Positions 22,166-32,562 of a DNA stretch of 64,000 bases are shown here, one piece after another. Made by a program: the position numbers and the translations under genes. This DNA is from an uncultured archaeon (GTDB taxonomy: Archaea; Thermoplasmatota; Penumbrarchaeia; JASLWR01), in contig CAYSHM010000004.1 of NCBI GenBank assembly GCA_964430885.1, positions 64,001-128,000 on the forward strand. Reading direction: 5' to 3'. The notes under the pieces were generated by a model. It was not told where the DNA came from. It searched no databases and saw nothing but the letters and a program-made list of their open reading frames with translations. Numbering within the stretch: position 1 is the first letter of the stretch; each line of letters starts with the position of its first letter.

Positions 22166-25048
22166 TTATATTGGCGGAGGCGGGGGATAGTAAGGTTTTT
22201 CTTGAAGATTCTCATACTTGTGATTCTGGTGAGTTATGTATTTTGGCGCGGACTGTAGGGGATGCGGTGGTGCCAAGCTCTGCTCAGAAACTGAAGGCGA
22301 AATATCTTTATTTATCATATTTTGGTCATAGTAAGGATAATAAGCCTCGTTCTGGCGAATGTTGCTTTCAGGGTTGTTTTGGGTGGAATATGGATCATAT
22401 TCCTGCGGTTCATAATTCGGAAAGCGATCAAGTTCTTCTCCATCTTTATTTTCACCGCCTTCTGCCGGGATTATTTCTTCTTCACTAGCTCTCTTCCTTA
22501 CCTTTGCAATGAATCCAATGATCACAAGAACGGCAATAAGGATTATAATGGAAAAAATAATTAAAAGCCAAATTCCGGCACTCAGCCCTTTTTTTCCAAA
22601 CCCGCTTCCCCCAGTTTCATCATCCGGGCTATTGTCAATACCTGTATCATCGTTATCATTGTCATCCGGCAAGATGGGAGCAATCACTACAATATTGCCG
22701 GATGAAAGGTTGCTCATCCCATTTGAATCGATAACAATCAACGTTACTCCATAAGTGCCGCCTTCAGCATAGGTATGATTGACCTGCCGCCCCACCGCTT
22801 CTTTATCTATTCCATCCTTCGCATCGAAATCCCATGAATAGGTAAGAGTGTCGCCGTGTATCAGATCTGGATCTTGCCCTTCTTCAGTGGAAAACGATAT
22901 TGTTAGGTTTTCCTTTTCCGTTGTATTGCTCAGGGCGTCTTCAATAGTTACAATTATTTCCCCGGCAGTGGGGGGATCGTTAACATTCAGCACTTCGATA
23001 GTGGTATTGAACCAGTCCTTACCATCATATTGATCCTCCACGGAGAAATTGACAGTATATAGGCCTACATCATCATTGTCGGGTTTAAAGGAGAAATTAC
23101 CCGTTTGTCCATCCAATGACCATTTATCGGATCCTATGTTCCATTGGCTGAAATTTGTATGATAGATAAGCCTTTCAGAAATATCGCAGTCCGTATCTAT
23201 ATCATCCGCATCTAATGTGAAATTAAGCCATTGGTCCTCCAAAACATCCATCCCTTCCATTTCAATGATCACCGGAGCATCGTTAGTATTGGAAACTGAA
23301 ATATTTATTGTATATAATCTCATCATCGAGTTCTGAGCAGAACCGTTCACATCATTGATGCTGATGTTGAAAATGACTGAACCAATATTCTGGTCTTCAG
23401 GTTCAACTGCCAGCGAACCTACCAAAGAGTTGTTGTTATCCGATAGGAGATAAAGAATGTCTGAATATTGATAATGATCGTTCAAAGTCAGCAAAGGTAC
23501 ATCACCGTCAACATCTTCCGTCAGGAAAGGGTATGAATTGATCTTGCCTTCCATTGCTTCAATCTTAATTTCATTATCTTCAGGTCTGATTTCAATTCCG
23601 TTGAAAAAACTGAATGAAGGTGCATCGTTTGTTGGGGTGACACTCACCCAAAACGGATCCGTCTCGATATATAATCCTTCATTATCCTCGGCCTTGATCC
23701 TGAATCTTTCCTTTCCGAAATAGTTTTTATTGCTGACGAAGTCAATGCTATTGGTGCTAGTGTTGATGAAAGCAGAGATGCGGGTATGATTCATTGTAAC
23801 CGTAAAGGTAATGTTGTTGAAATCATCATCATCCTGGAAATAATCCTCAAGGTCTATCAGCCCGATTCCTTCATGGCTGTCTTCGGGAAAATTGAAGTTC
23901 TGGGAGTAGAAGGATCCCGTAAGCTCCGGCCTCTGGTTCTCAATAACGATATCGTATTGGATGGATAGTTCCCTCAATCCCATTATTCCAGGTTTATCGG
24001 AACTCAAGGATAAAGTAATATTGACGCTGTCACCTGAAGAATTGTCAACTAAGGACTGCAGCGTTTCCCTGAAACTGTAAGTATCATTTACATTGACAGT
24101 GGTATCGAACACTCCCTGGTGGTTCCATTCGACGTTTCCCTCCATATCCAGGTTCAGGGAACAATTTTCAGTATATGAATCAATATTATAGGTTGCTACG
24201 GCATTGGTAAAATCCGTTTTCATATAGGTTGTGAAACCGTTTCCGCCAACTCTTGTGACTGCCAAATAGTACATATTACCTGAATTATCAAGAATATTCG
24301 CCTGGTTGCATAGATATGTTCGGGATAGGGCTTTTTCATCAGGGACTTCACCCGTATGGAATTCGTCCACTAGTTCCCATAATCCGCTGCTGTGATCGTA
24401 AATCAACCATTTTACTCCGTTGGTTCCGAAACCCATATCTGGATTCCCCATTCCTCCTCCTTCCCAATTTGTTCGCATGGTCCAGATATTATTTGTACTG
24501 ATATTGGAAAAATGGAACATCTGGTAAGCATACTGATCGTCAATGTTTCCTGTGTTTGCTCTAAGATTATCCCTGTTCTGGAGGAGTATAAGCTGTGGCA
24601 GATTGTAGGAATTGTTCTCATAGGTGCCCGGAGGTGAATCAGGGAGGGAATGGATGCCGCCCCACCAGGCAGAATTATTAATGGTATCATTGTAGGAATA
24701 CTCCCTGTCAACCATGGATGTCAGGGGCAGTCCGTCAATTGTCATGCTTGCACTTGTAATCTCGATATTTGAGGGAAGTATTAACTTAACCGTATTGTTC
24801 GTGCCGCCTTCCATGAAGTATACTTCTTTGGTGATGGTACCGTCCTTGAATTGGGTAATTTCGCCTCTTGTCAATTCAGAATTTAGATCCGAAACAGTTT
24901 CGGAGGTTGGACCGTCTGAAAAAAAAATCCTGACAAGTATTCCATTTTGAAATGATATCATAAACACCAGAAGCAGTAACCCCAGTATACAGAATTTTTT
25001 TCCACTGCCATTTTTCACTTGAACACCTGAAAATTCTAATTTGTTCAT
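22166..25048 (-). CDS. Single-pass surface protein with cadherin-like and PKD domains and a tail ending PPPPPI (paralogue B)
   Basis: Co-linear with 19154-22024 (DTINNSAWWG, GIGLIDL, NGSAQN, DPDLIHGDxLTYSWDFD); TM then KVRKR. Confidence 0.85.
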   Translation of the reverse strand: MNKLEFSGVQVKNGSGKKFCILGLLLLVFMISFQNGILVRIFFSDGPTSETVSDLNSELTRGEITQFKDGTITKEVYFMEGGTNNTVKLILPSNIEITSASMTIDGLPLTSMVDREYSYNDTINNSAWWGGIHSLPDSPPGTYENNSYNLPQLILLQNRDNLRANTGNIDDQYAYQMFHFSNISTNNIWTMRTNWEGGGMGNPDMGFGTNGVKWLIYDHSSGLWELVDEFHTGEVPDEKALSRTYLCNQANILDNSGNMYYLAVTRVGGNGFTTYMKTDFTNAVATYNIDSYTENCSLNLDMEGNVEWNHQGVFDTTVNVNDTYSFRETLQSLVDNSSGDSVNITLSLSSDKPGIMGLRELSIQYDIVIENQRPELTGSFYSQNFNFPEDSHEGIGLIDLEDYFQDDDDFNNITFTVTMNHTRISAFINTSTNSIDFVSNKNYFGKERFRIKAEDNEGLYIETDPFWVSVTPTNDAPSFSFFNGIEIRPEDNEIKIEAMEGKINSYPFLTEDVDGDVPLLTLNDHYQYSDILYLLSDNNNSLVGSLAVEPEDQNIGSVIFNISINDVNGSAQNSMMRLYTINISVSNTNDAPVIIEMEGMDVLEDQWLNFTLDADDIDTDCDISERLIYHTNFSQWNIGSDKWSLDGQTGNFSFKPDNDDVGLYTVNFSVEDQYDGKDWFNTTIEVLNVNDPPTAGEIIVTIEDALSNTTEKENLTISFSTEEGQDPDLIHGDTLTYSWDFDAKDGIDKEAVGRQVNHTYAEGGTYGVTLIVIDSNGMSNLSSGNIVVIAPILPDDNDNDDTGIDNSPDDETGGSGFGKKGLSAGIWLLIIFSIIILIAVLVIIGFIAKVRKRASEEEIIPAEGGENKDGEELDRFPNYEPQEYDPYSTQNNPESNIRQNEAYYPYYDQNMINKDISPSVSEQSLAPPHPLQSAPKYITHQNHKYENLQEKPYYPPPPPI

Positions 25049-25165
25049 AAGAACAAATGCACTACATTATCAAGATTAATGCAAAAGGTATATTAAATTT
25101 ATAGAGCGAAATTCGAAAAAAATCTTCAGGATGCAGTAAGATTTCCCATCAACCTTTGGGGACGA

Positions 25166-25405
25166 TCACTCTTCCGTAGCTTCCTTTTTCTCCCGTGCCC
25201 TGAAAAGAAGAAATCCGAATAATCCGAAGAGAAAAGGAATGATAGTTACTGCGTAGAGGCCGATGTCACCAAAGGCTTCACCGAAACTCAGCCCCTCCTC
25301 GTTCATACCGATTATACCCCAGGTTATGTATATTCCCAGAGCTACCAGCATCAGGAGTATGAATGCAATTTTCTGTCCGAAATATTTACTCCTTCCCTCG
25401 TCCAT
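25166..25405 (-). CDS. Small two-TM membrane protein
   Basis: Two hydrophobic helices, DIGLYAVT motif; ATG 25405 after the GAGGTG SD (ORF open from 25450). Confidence 0.7.
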   Translation of the reverse strand: MDEGRSKYFGQKIAFILLMLVALGIYITWGIIGMNEEGLSFGEAFGDIGLYAVTIIPFLFGLFGFLLFRAREKKEATEE

Positions 25406-25600
25406 TTTATGCACCTCGGTGGCTCCAGTCCTTAAAGACCGGATACACACCCTGAATCCTTGCCATGTTAAATAAACCTTTTCTATAATTATATTTACAG
25501 GTATAACGATGAAAATTGAATGTGAAATATGGGGTTTTCGGGCCTATATGAAAATAATAGCCCGTCATGCAGATGGATATCTTATTAATGGTAGATCAGT

Positions 25601-28537
25601 TTATTCGACCATTACCTCTTCGCCGCAGTTCTTGCAGGTTATATTGAAGGGTCTTTTATCTCCAGTATCGGGAATTATGCTTTGACATATGTGGCAGTAA
25701 ATTATCTCCTCTTCCTGGGGGTCTTTAGGCTTGATAATATCGTCCGCGGCCCCAACTATCTTGGGTTTAGGCACTTTCGGTGTTATCCGAGGATCCTTGC
25801 CTGATTCAGTATAGTGCCCGTCCCCCTCCATCAGGTCGGAATAATTCAGATTTCCTTCAATGTCATCAGCAAATAGCTGACTGAAATCAGGGGGTTCTAT
25901 CTCGGCCCCTAGCTGCCCATAGCTTCCCACGGAGCTACCCATTTGAGGTGGGGGGGGCATTACGTTCTGGGAAGGGCCTACGGGCATACCTTGGCCCGGC
26001 GGCGGCGGAATCTGCCCAGGAAAATTAGAAGGTGGGAATGGGGGCATTTCTCCCGGCGGTCTCGGAACTCTGCTGTCCACCATGAACGGATTAATTTCAT
26101 TATGTCCCATCATGTCCTGCTCCCCCGGCGGTCCAGGCGGCAGAGCCAGTCTTGGTGGCGGATAATCATAACCATCTGAAGGTGTATGAGCAGAATATGT
26201 CTGATAAGGGGAGATTCCCGGCGGAAGCAGTGGCTGACTGCCGGTGTAATTGGTCCCAGACATGTTAGCCGGAGGTAGTGCCAATGGAGGATTGCCGTAT
26301 CCAGCATATTGAGGCATTCCAGTTCCGATCATGTTCTGGAGGTAGTTTAATTGATGCTGAAGGCGCTGGACCTGAGTTTGCTCCTGAGCATATTGCCCGA
26401 GGCCAGCATCGATCCCCATAAGATCATCTTCGAAATCGTCTTCGTCATAGCTTGCGGTCTTGGATACCACCAGGAATATTATGCCGCCTAGAACCAGCAG
26501 TCCCAATAAACCTATAATCAGCCACAGCCACAGGGGCACTCCGTCGCTCTCACTTCCCTTCTCCTTAGGGGTTGCCGTTTCCTGTGCAATATTGCCTCCG
26601 CCGTTGGAATTACCAGTTATGGCCTTTATATCTTCGGCATCCAGGTCATCCCCGTCGACCTTGACATAGAGTTTTGCCTGTTCCTCCACTATCCAGCTGT
26701 AGGTTATTTCATCGGAATTGCCAGCGGACAGGTTTGCAATGTTCCAAAGCGATCCGACAATTTCATAGGGTTCAAAATCCTTGTTCCCACTCTTGTCATT
26801 GTATAGTATTATGTCGATATCTTCAGCTGAGGCATCACCGATGTTTGTCACTTGGACGGTGATGTCAGCTTTTTCCCCTTCGATTAGGGTGTCTTCTATG
26901 ATTATCTTGGCAGTTAATTTGGGGTATTTCTTTTCCATCATTTTTATTGTTACTTCTTTCTGGACAGTGTCCTTGCCGTCGAATACCTCTAGTACTATCT
27001 CATTGTCGCCGAGTTCGAGAGGATTGTTTTCTATGATGTAGACCTGCTCTTCTCCATCATAAAGGGTCTTGGACCCTGATCTCCATCGGTATATAAGAGT
27101 GTCAGTCAATTCATAGGGATCTGTATTATCCGGATCATATGTTCCCATGGCGCTGAGGACCAGGGGGTCCACATCATAAATGACCTGCCCATCAATGGGG
27201 TAGGCTATTGTCACAACAGGAGGGGTGTTAATGATTGTGGTTGAGATCTTACCTAATATTCCCTGGTGTATGCCGTCATGAGGAAGGACCCGTGCCTCCC
27301 ATTTCTGTCCTGCAATAAGTTCGGAACGGGGTATCTCATACTTGTCCTCGTATATTTTCATCTCCTCCCCGTTCCTGAACCAGGTGATGGAATATGATAC
27401 CTTATCCCCATCCTTGTCTTGGGACTCTTCAACTATTCCCAGGGTCAAATCGTCGTTTATTGTGGGGTCATCAGGTTTGATATCTAATTCCGGTTTTGTA
27501 GGCTGGTTGTTTACCACTTGAAGGGTCTGTTCAACATCATCCGACATCTCCCCATACTCATCGACCGCCATTATCTCGAGATAATAGTTCTTCACGCTTT
27601 TTCCATTGGAGTATGAAGTTGAATATGAAAGGGCATTATCCAAGGTATAGAAGCTCTTGGTAGTTTCGATGTCCAGTATGTCGGTTTTACCGGCTGAAGA
27701 ACCTATTGACAGGTAGTAGGTGATGGAATCACCATCTTCATCAGTTGAAGGGTACCAGGTTAACTGAGGGGATAGAGAATGCGTTGCTGTTGGAAGGATA
27801 TCCCGGGGGTTGGTAGGGGCATTGTTCTCTTCAATAGTTAGCTGGACAGATGAATCCTCGGTTATAGGTGACCATTGGTTCTTGTTATCCATGGCTCTGA
27901 AGACGATCTCATGATTTCCCGGGGACAGCTGGTCGTATGTGAAGCTCTTCTGCTCTGAAAAAATACCGTCCAGCGATGATTCCCACTGATATTTGACTAC
28001 GGAATCTCCATCACTGTCCTGCGCTTCACCCCTGAATTCGATATCCACCGAAGCTCTCTCTGTTCCGGATAGAGGTTTTACTATGTCCGTATCAGGCGGG
28101 AAATTGGTGGTGAACTTCCAATCGGAATAATCACCCCAACCATCTTCATCATGGGACTTGACAGCCCAGTAATAGGTAGTGGCCATGTCTATTGAGATCT
28201 CTAGACTGGTTCCGTCCACACTCCCATCAAATATATCTGCAGGTGCGGAATCGCTGTAAGCGGGACCCAGTGTGGATACTTTTACCCAGCTCTGATCAAT
28301 CTCCTTGTGGTCTCCCCGGTAATCTGGCTGCAGCCGCCACATAAGGGTGACGGTGTCCCCTACTATGCCCTTGGCATTATTCGAGGGATTAGGATTGGTA
28401 GGGGGGTCTGGTGGGTCTGTCGCCCGGCTGCCTGAATTCTTTTCGCTGAAAACGGAAATGCTGACGGCAAAACAAACCGCCAGGAGTGCAAGGACAACAA
28501 TGCCCGCTTTTACTTTGATAGTATCTCTTCTCTGCAT
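25601..28537 (-). CDS. Single-pass surface protein (FN3/PKD/Ig/CARDB) with a long Pro/Gly/Gln/Tyr-rich cytoplasmic tail and terminal Zn ribbon
   Basis: Signal peptide, TYYWAV FN3-like, YQWESSLDG..LSPGNHEI PKD-like, VQVTNIGDASA CARDB, TM, CHIC..CKNC. Confidence 0.85.
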   Translation of the reverse strand: MQRRDTIKVKAGIVVLALLAVCFAVSISVFSEKNSGSRATDPPDPPTNPNPSNNAKGIVGDTVTLMWRLQPDYRGDHKEIDQSWVKVSTLGPAYSDSAPADIFDGSVDGTSLEISIDMATTYYWAVKSHDEDGWGDYSDWKFTTNFPPDTDIVKPLSGTERASVDIEFRGEAQDSDGDSVVKYQWESSLDGIFSEQKSFTYDQLSPGNHEIVFRAMDNKNQWSPITEDSSVQLTIEENNAPTNPRDILPTATHSLSPQLTWYPSTDEDGDSITYYLSIGSSAGKTDILDIETTKSFYTLDNALSYSTSYSNGKSVKNYYLEIMAVDEYGEMSDDVEQTLQVVNNQPTKPELDIKPDDPTINDDLTLGIVEESQDKDGDKVSYSITWFRNGEEMKIYEDKYEIPRSELIAGQKWEARVLPHDGIHQGILGKISTTIINTPPVVTIAYPIDGQVIYDVDPLVLSAMGTYDPDNTDPYELTDTLIYRWRSGSKTLYDGEEQVYIIENNPLELGDNEIVLEVFDGKDTVQKEVTIKMMEKKYPKLTAKIIIEDTLIEGEKADITVQVTNIGDASAEDIDIILYNDKSGNKDFEPYEIVGSLWNIANLSAGNSDEITYSWIVEEQAKLYVKVDGDDLDAEDIKAITGNSNGGGNIAQETATPKEKGSESDGVPLWLWLIIGLLGLLVLGGIIFLVVSKTASYDEDDFEDDLMGIDAGLGQYAQEQTQVQRLQHQLNYLQNMIGTGMPQYAGYGNPPLALPPANMSGTNYTGSQPLLPPGISPYQTYSAHTPSDGYDYPPPRLALPPGPPGEQDMMGHNEINPFMVDSRVPRPPGEMPPFPPSNFPGQIPPPPGQGMPVGPSQNVMPPPPQMGSSVGSYGQLGAEIEPPDFSQLFADDIEGNLNYSDLMEGDGHYTESGKDPRITPKVPKPKIVGAADDIIKPKDPQEEEIIYCHICQSIIPDTGDKRPFNITCKNCGEEVMVE

Positions 28538-28893
28538 TCAAAACCCTCAATTTAGCGATCTTTAGGATTGATGGGAACTCTGTGTCCTCACTTCTATCAT
28601 TCAACATTTGTCGATATTGGATTCCACAATATCTATTCCGCATTTATAAACGTTTAAACAGGTAAACTATATTATAATTTTTTCGGCAATAAATGGGTTT
28701 ATAATGACCTCACCCAGCCCAGCCCTCCAATTGAGGTTTTACTTTCAGTTCCCCTCATTTAAACAATTTTTAGGTATTTTCTCTATTTGGAAATATGTAA
28801 ATATCCAATGTTTCATTGTTGAAAAGGATTTTGAGAAAGGTATTATTGCATATGATGCCTTCTATGCCGAACTGAATACTTAGAGTGATTTAA

Positions 28894-30033
28894 ATGAGAA
28901 TATTTCACTTAGCCGATACCCATCTTGGATATATGAACTACAAAAGGGTGGACCCGGAAACCGGAATTAATCAAAGGGAGCAGGACGTATACATTGCTTT
29001 TAGAAAAATGATAGATGTCGCCCTTGAAGAAATACCTGATCTGGTGGTTCATGCCGGCGATCTATTCAACACTGTGAGACCCACGAATAGAGCCATAACC
29101 TTTGCCTTCAATCAGCTTTCCAGGTTGGCCGAGGCAGGTATCCCTCTTGTGATAATTGCAGGGAATCATGAAACACCCCGTCTAAGAGGGACGGGTTCAA
29201 TTTTTCGAATATTCGAATACCTGCCCAATATTTATCCAGTATACGGCGATGAGCTGGAAACAGTAGATCTTCAGATAGCTGGGAAGAAAGTGGAAATTCA
29301 ATGTTTGCCTCATATCGATTCGGAGGACCTATATTCACAAGAGCTATCAAAGATGAAACCGGGAAGTGCCGATTACAGCATAGGATTGCTTCATGGAACA
29401 ATGTCCGGCCTTGAGTTCGACTATACAATGGGCCAGTTCAGTGAGATGGCCATTGGCGGAAATATTCTGGATAGGGGTTTTGACTATATCGGCTTGGGCC
29501 ACTTTCATAAACACACTTTCATCACTGAGAACTGCGCCTATTCAGGCTCACTTGAGCGTTTCTCCTTTGCGGAAGCGGGTCAGGAAAAGGGTTTCATAGA
29601 GATAGAAATGGATAATGAGGTTTTTTCAGCCAAATTCCGAAAACTGGCAGTACGCAGTATGACGGATCTGGGATTTCTTGATGTGGAACGGTTAGATATA
29701 GGACAGGCAATGGAAAGAATAAAACAGTTAATAGATACGACGAACATCCAAGATTCGCTAGTAAGATTGAGGGTATACAATGTCGGAAGAGAGGTTTATG
29801 ATAATTTGGATTTCAATCTTTTGGACAAATTAGTGTCGGATTCACTATATTTCCAGTTCGATTGGTCATTCACCGATGACAGCATTTATTCGGCGGATTA
29901 TTCTGCACATTACGGAGGCCTGATAAAGGAGTTCGGACAGTTCTTGAAAGGTTCCATCATCGAGGGTCTTGACAAGCAGCGATTGAAAGATTTGGCATTG
30001 GATTACTTTCAGAAGGAGGGCGTTGAAGAATGA
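28894..30033 (+). CDS. mre11: DNA double-strand break repair nuclease Mre11/SbcD
   Basis: ADTHLG, AGDLF, GNHE, LHG, LGHFH, YSGSLER phosphoesterase motifs; 4-nt overlap with rad50. Confidence 0.93.
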   Translation: MRIFHLADTHLGYMNYKRVDPETGINQREQDVYIAFRKMIDVALEEIPDLVVHAGDLFNTVRPTNRAITFAFNQLSRLAEAGIPLVIIAGNHETPRLRGTGSIFRIFEYLPNIYPVYGDELETVDLQIAGKKVEIQCLPHIDSEDLYSQELSKMKPGSADYSIGLLHGTMSGLEFDYTMGQFSEMAIGGNILDRGFDYIGLGHFHKHTFITENCAYSGSLERFSFAEAGQEKGFIEIEMDNEVFSAKFRKLAVRSMTDLGFLDVERLDIGQAMERIKQLIDTTNIQDSLVRLRVYNVGREVYDNLDFNLLDKLVSDSLYFQFDWSFTDDSIYSADYSAHYGGLIKEFGQFLKGSIIEGLDKQRLKDLALDYFQKEGVEE

Positions 30034-32447
30034 GGCTGGACAGCATAACCCTTTGTAACTACCGAAAGTTCAAAGAAACCCAGGTCTCATTCCCAAAAGG
30101 TGTGGTTGCCATAATCGGTAGGAATGGCGCAGGGAAATCCACGCTCATGGAAGCGGCAGCGTGGGTCCTATATGGAAATAAGTCCCCCATAGCTAGAGCC
30201 GGGAAGGATACCATTAGAAATGTGAACGCTCCAACCAATCAGCCTGTATCTGTAGAACTGATGATCACAATTGCTGATCAGGAGTATAGGGTTTTCAGGG
30301 AGATGAGGGGTAAGAATCTCACATCAAATGGACGTGTTAGTTCAGGGGGCGTGGTACTAGCTGAGGGTGCTGAAAAGCTTGATGAATTCATTATAAAATT
30401 GCTTGGTCTTGACTATCAGGGATTCTTTGCATCCGTGTTTGCTAGACAGAAGGAGTTGAATGCTTTTTCTGGAGAGAGTCTTTCCGACCGTCAAAAATTG
30501 ATAATACGTATGCTGGGGATTGATTCCATAGATGGAGTGATTAAGAGGATAGGTGGAGATGTTCGGGAGATGAGGGCCCGGCTGGAGGAGAAACGCAGAT
30601 TCATATATGACGAGGATGGGGGAAGTCTAGTTGAGAAGATAAGGACCAAGATATCTGAAATGGATACCGAATTTGAAAAACTGGTTTTACTAGAGAGCAG
30701 GGAGCAGGAATTGTATTCGGGACTCAAGAAAGAATTTGAATTAATAAGGACCGAGAGGATTTCTAGTAAAGGTTACAAGCAGAGATACGACTTACTTCAG
30801 AGAGACAGTTTTTTGCACAATTCCAGGTTAAATGATTTCAGGGAAAAAAGTAGCAAACTTACCTTTGAGATTGAACAATTGAAGGAATCTGAGGATGAAC
30901 TGGTCGATGTCAATAAGAAGCTGAATGATATGGCTGATGTTAGAGATCGATTGGGCAGATTGGAGAAACAGGCCGGATTGGTTGATCTCAGAAGAAACAT
31001 GGGACAAAAATTGACCGAACTGAAGGGACGCAGGTCGAAGAGCATTCAGGAATTGAAAGAACAGACGCAGATACTTGATAGAGATGCGGTCAATCAAGAG
31101 ATAAATGTGAAAAAAAGAGATTGCGAAAGGCAGGAATTGGAGATAAGGGAGCTGGAGAAACATATAGGACGACTGAGGGCCGATATCAGTAATCATAAGA
31201 GTAGAATTGATATTTACCTGGCCCGTTCGAAGGATGTGCAAAAGCTTGGACCAGAGAGCATATGTCCAACATGCGAGAGGCCACTGGGTGAAACATGCCT
31301 GCATCTCAAGGGAAAATATGATATGAAGATAAAGATTATTGAGGACAACATGGGAATAATTGAAAAAGAAGCCGATGATTCAGGGTTCAAAATTAAGGCC
31401 TTGGCAGAAAACAAGTTGAAATTTGAATCAGAAATTTCGGAACTTCAGAAACGGATCGACCGCATAAATGAAAAGGAAAAGGTCTCCATGAAAATAAGGG
31501 AGCGTCTTAGAGGTCAGAATGAACAAATAAGGGTTTCCCAGGCAGATTTGGATAATTTAGAAGTCGGTGAATATGATGAGACAGCCCATGAAGAGTTTAG
31601 AAGTAAATATCGTGAGCTGCAGGAAATAGAACAGCTTTCGAGCTCTCTTGAAAGGAATGTTTATCGTTTATCCCATCTGCGCGCCGAGGGAAGGTCCATT
31701 GACCTGAAGATTGATGATGAATTATCCATTATTGATGATCTAGAAGTAGGTCTGAATGAGTTGGATTTTGATCTGGGTCGGCATTATGAATTGGAAAAAA
31801 TGGAAAAAGAGATGACCTATGAACTGAATACACTTGAAAAGGCGCTTTCAAAAATAAAGTGGAATATGGATAGTATAGGGAAGAGCCTTTTCCAGGAGAG
31901 AGAACGCCTAATGGATATGAACAAATGGATGGAAGAGATAAACGATCTTGAAGAGAACCTCCTCCATTGCCAAAAGCTCAGAAATATAATGAAGGTTTTC
32001 AAAGTTGATCTGATTTCCCGAATCAGACCGATATTGTCGAATATTGCTTCGGATTATTTCAGGCAGTTAACTCAGGGCAGATATTCCCGCTTAGAGATCG
32101 ATGAGAACTACGAGATATTTATCTATGATGGGAACAACCCTTTTCCGGTTGCACGGTTCTCAGGAGGTGAAGAGGACATTGCAAACTTGAGTCTAAGATT
32201 GGCCATTTCAACAATTATTGCAGCTACAAAGAAAAAACAGGGTTTGCAGTTAATAGTCCTAGATGAGATATTCGGATCCCAGGATGATAATAGAAGACAG
32301 AATATATTGAATTCCATTTCAAATCTATTGAAGCGTTTCCAGCAGGTTTTTATTATAACTCATATTGATCAGGTAAAAGAACACATTGGCAATGTTGTGA
32401 TGGTAGAGGAGGAGACCGACGGCAATTCCAAAATCGTTAGCACCTGA
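30030..32447 (+). CDS. rad50: DNA double-strand break repair ATPase Rad50/SbcC
   Basis: GRNGAGKST Walker A, Q-loop FARQKE, CPTC zinc hook in coiled coil, FSGGE signature, LDE Walker B, IITH. Confidence 0.95.
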   Translation: MRLDSITLCNYRKFKETQVSFPKGVVAIIGRNGAGKSTLMEAAAWVLYGNKSPIARAGKDTIRNVNAPTNQPVSVELMITIADQEYRVFREMRGKNLTSNGRVSSGGVVLAEGAEKLDEFIIKLLGLDYQGFFASVFARQKELNAFSGESLSDRQKLIIRMLGIDSIDGVIKRIGGDVREMRARLEEKRRFIYDEDGGSLVEKIRTKISEMDTEFEKLVLLESREQELYSGLKKEFELIRTERISSKGYKQRYDLLQRDSFLHNSRLNDFREKSSKLTFEIEQLKESEDELVDVNKKLNDMADVRDRLGRLEKQAGLVDLRRNMGQKLTELKGRRSKSIQELKEQTQILDRDAVNQEINVKKRDCERQELEIRELEKHIGRLRADISNHKSRIDIYLARSKDVQKLGPESICPTCERPLGETCLHLKGKYDMKIKIIEDNMGIIEKEADDSGFKIKALAENKLKFESEISELQKRIDRINEKEKVSMKIRERLRGQNEQIRVSQADLDNLEVGEYDETAHEEFRSKYRELQEIEQLSSSLERNVYRLSHLRAEGRSIDLKIDDELSIIDDLEVGLNELDFDLGRHYELEKMEKEMTYELNTLEKALSKIKWNMDSIGKSLFQERERLMDMNKWMEEINDLEENLLHCQKLRNIMKVFKVDLISRIRPILSNIASDYFRQLTQGRYSRLEIDENYEIFIYDGNNPFPVARFSGGEEDIANLSLRLAISTIIAATKKKQGLQLIVLDEIFGSQDDNRRQNILNSISNLLKRFQQVFIITHIDQVKEHIGNVVMVEEETDGNSKIVST

Positions 32448-32562
32448 AAATTAAATAAAGAGAATCATATGCATGCAGGATAATATCTCATTGAGATTAT
32501 TAAGCTAGATGAATTTGTTCAGAATTAGATTTTGCCTGAATCTTGCTTAGAAGGGAAGTGAT

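Noticed and set aside
22024-22215. 63-aa ORF bridging the two paralogous adhesin genes (possible frameshift fusion)
   Set aside because: Both flanking genes are complete, each with its own signal peptide, TM and stop; no slippery site identified
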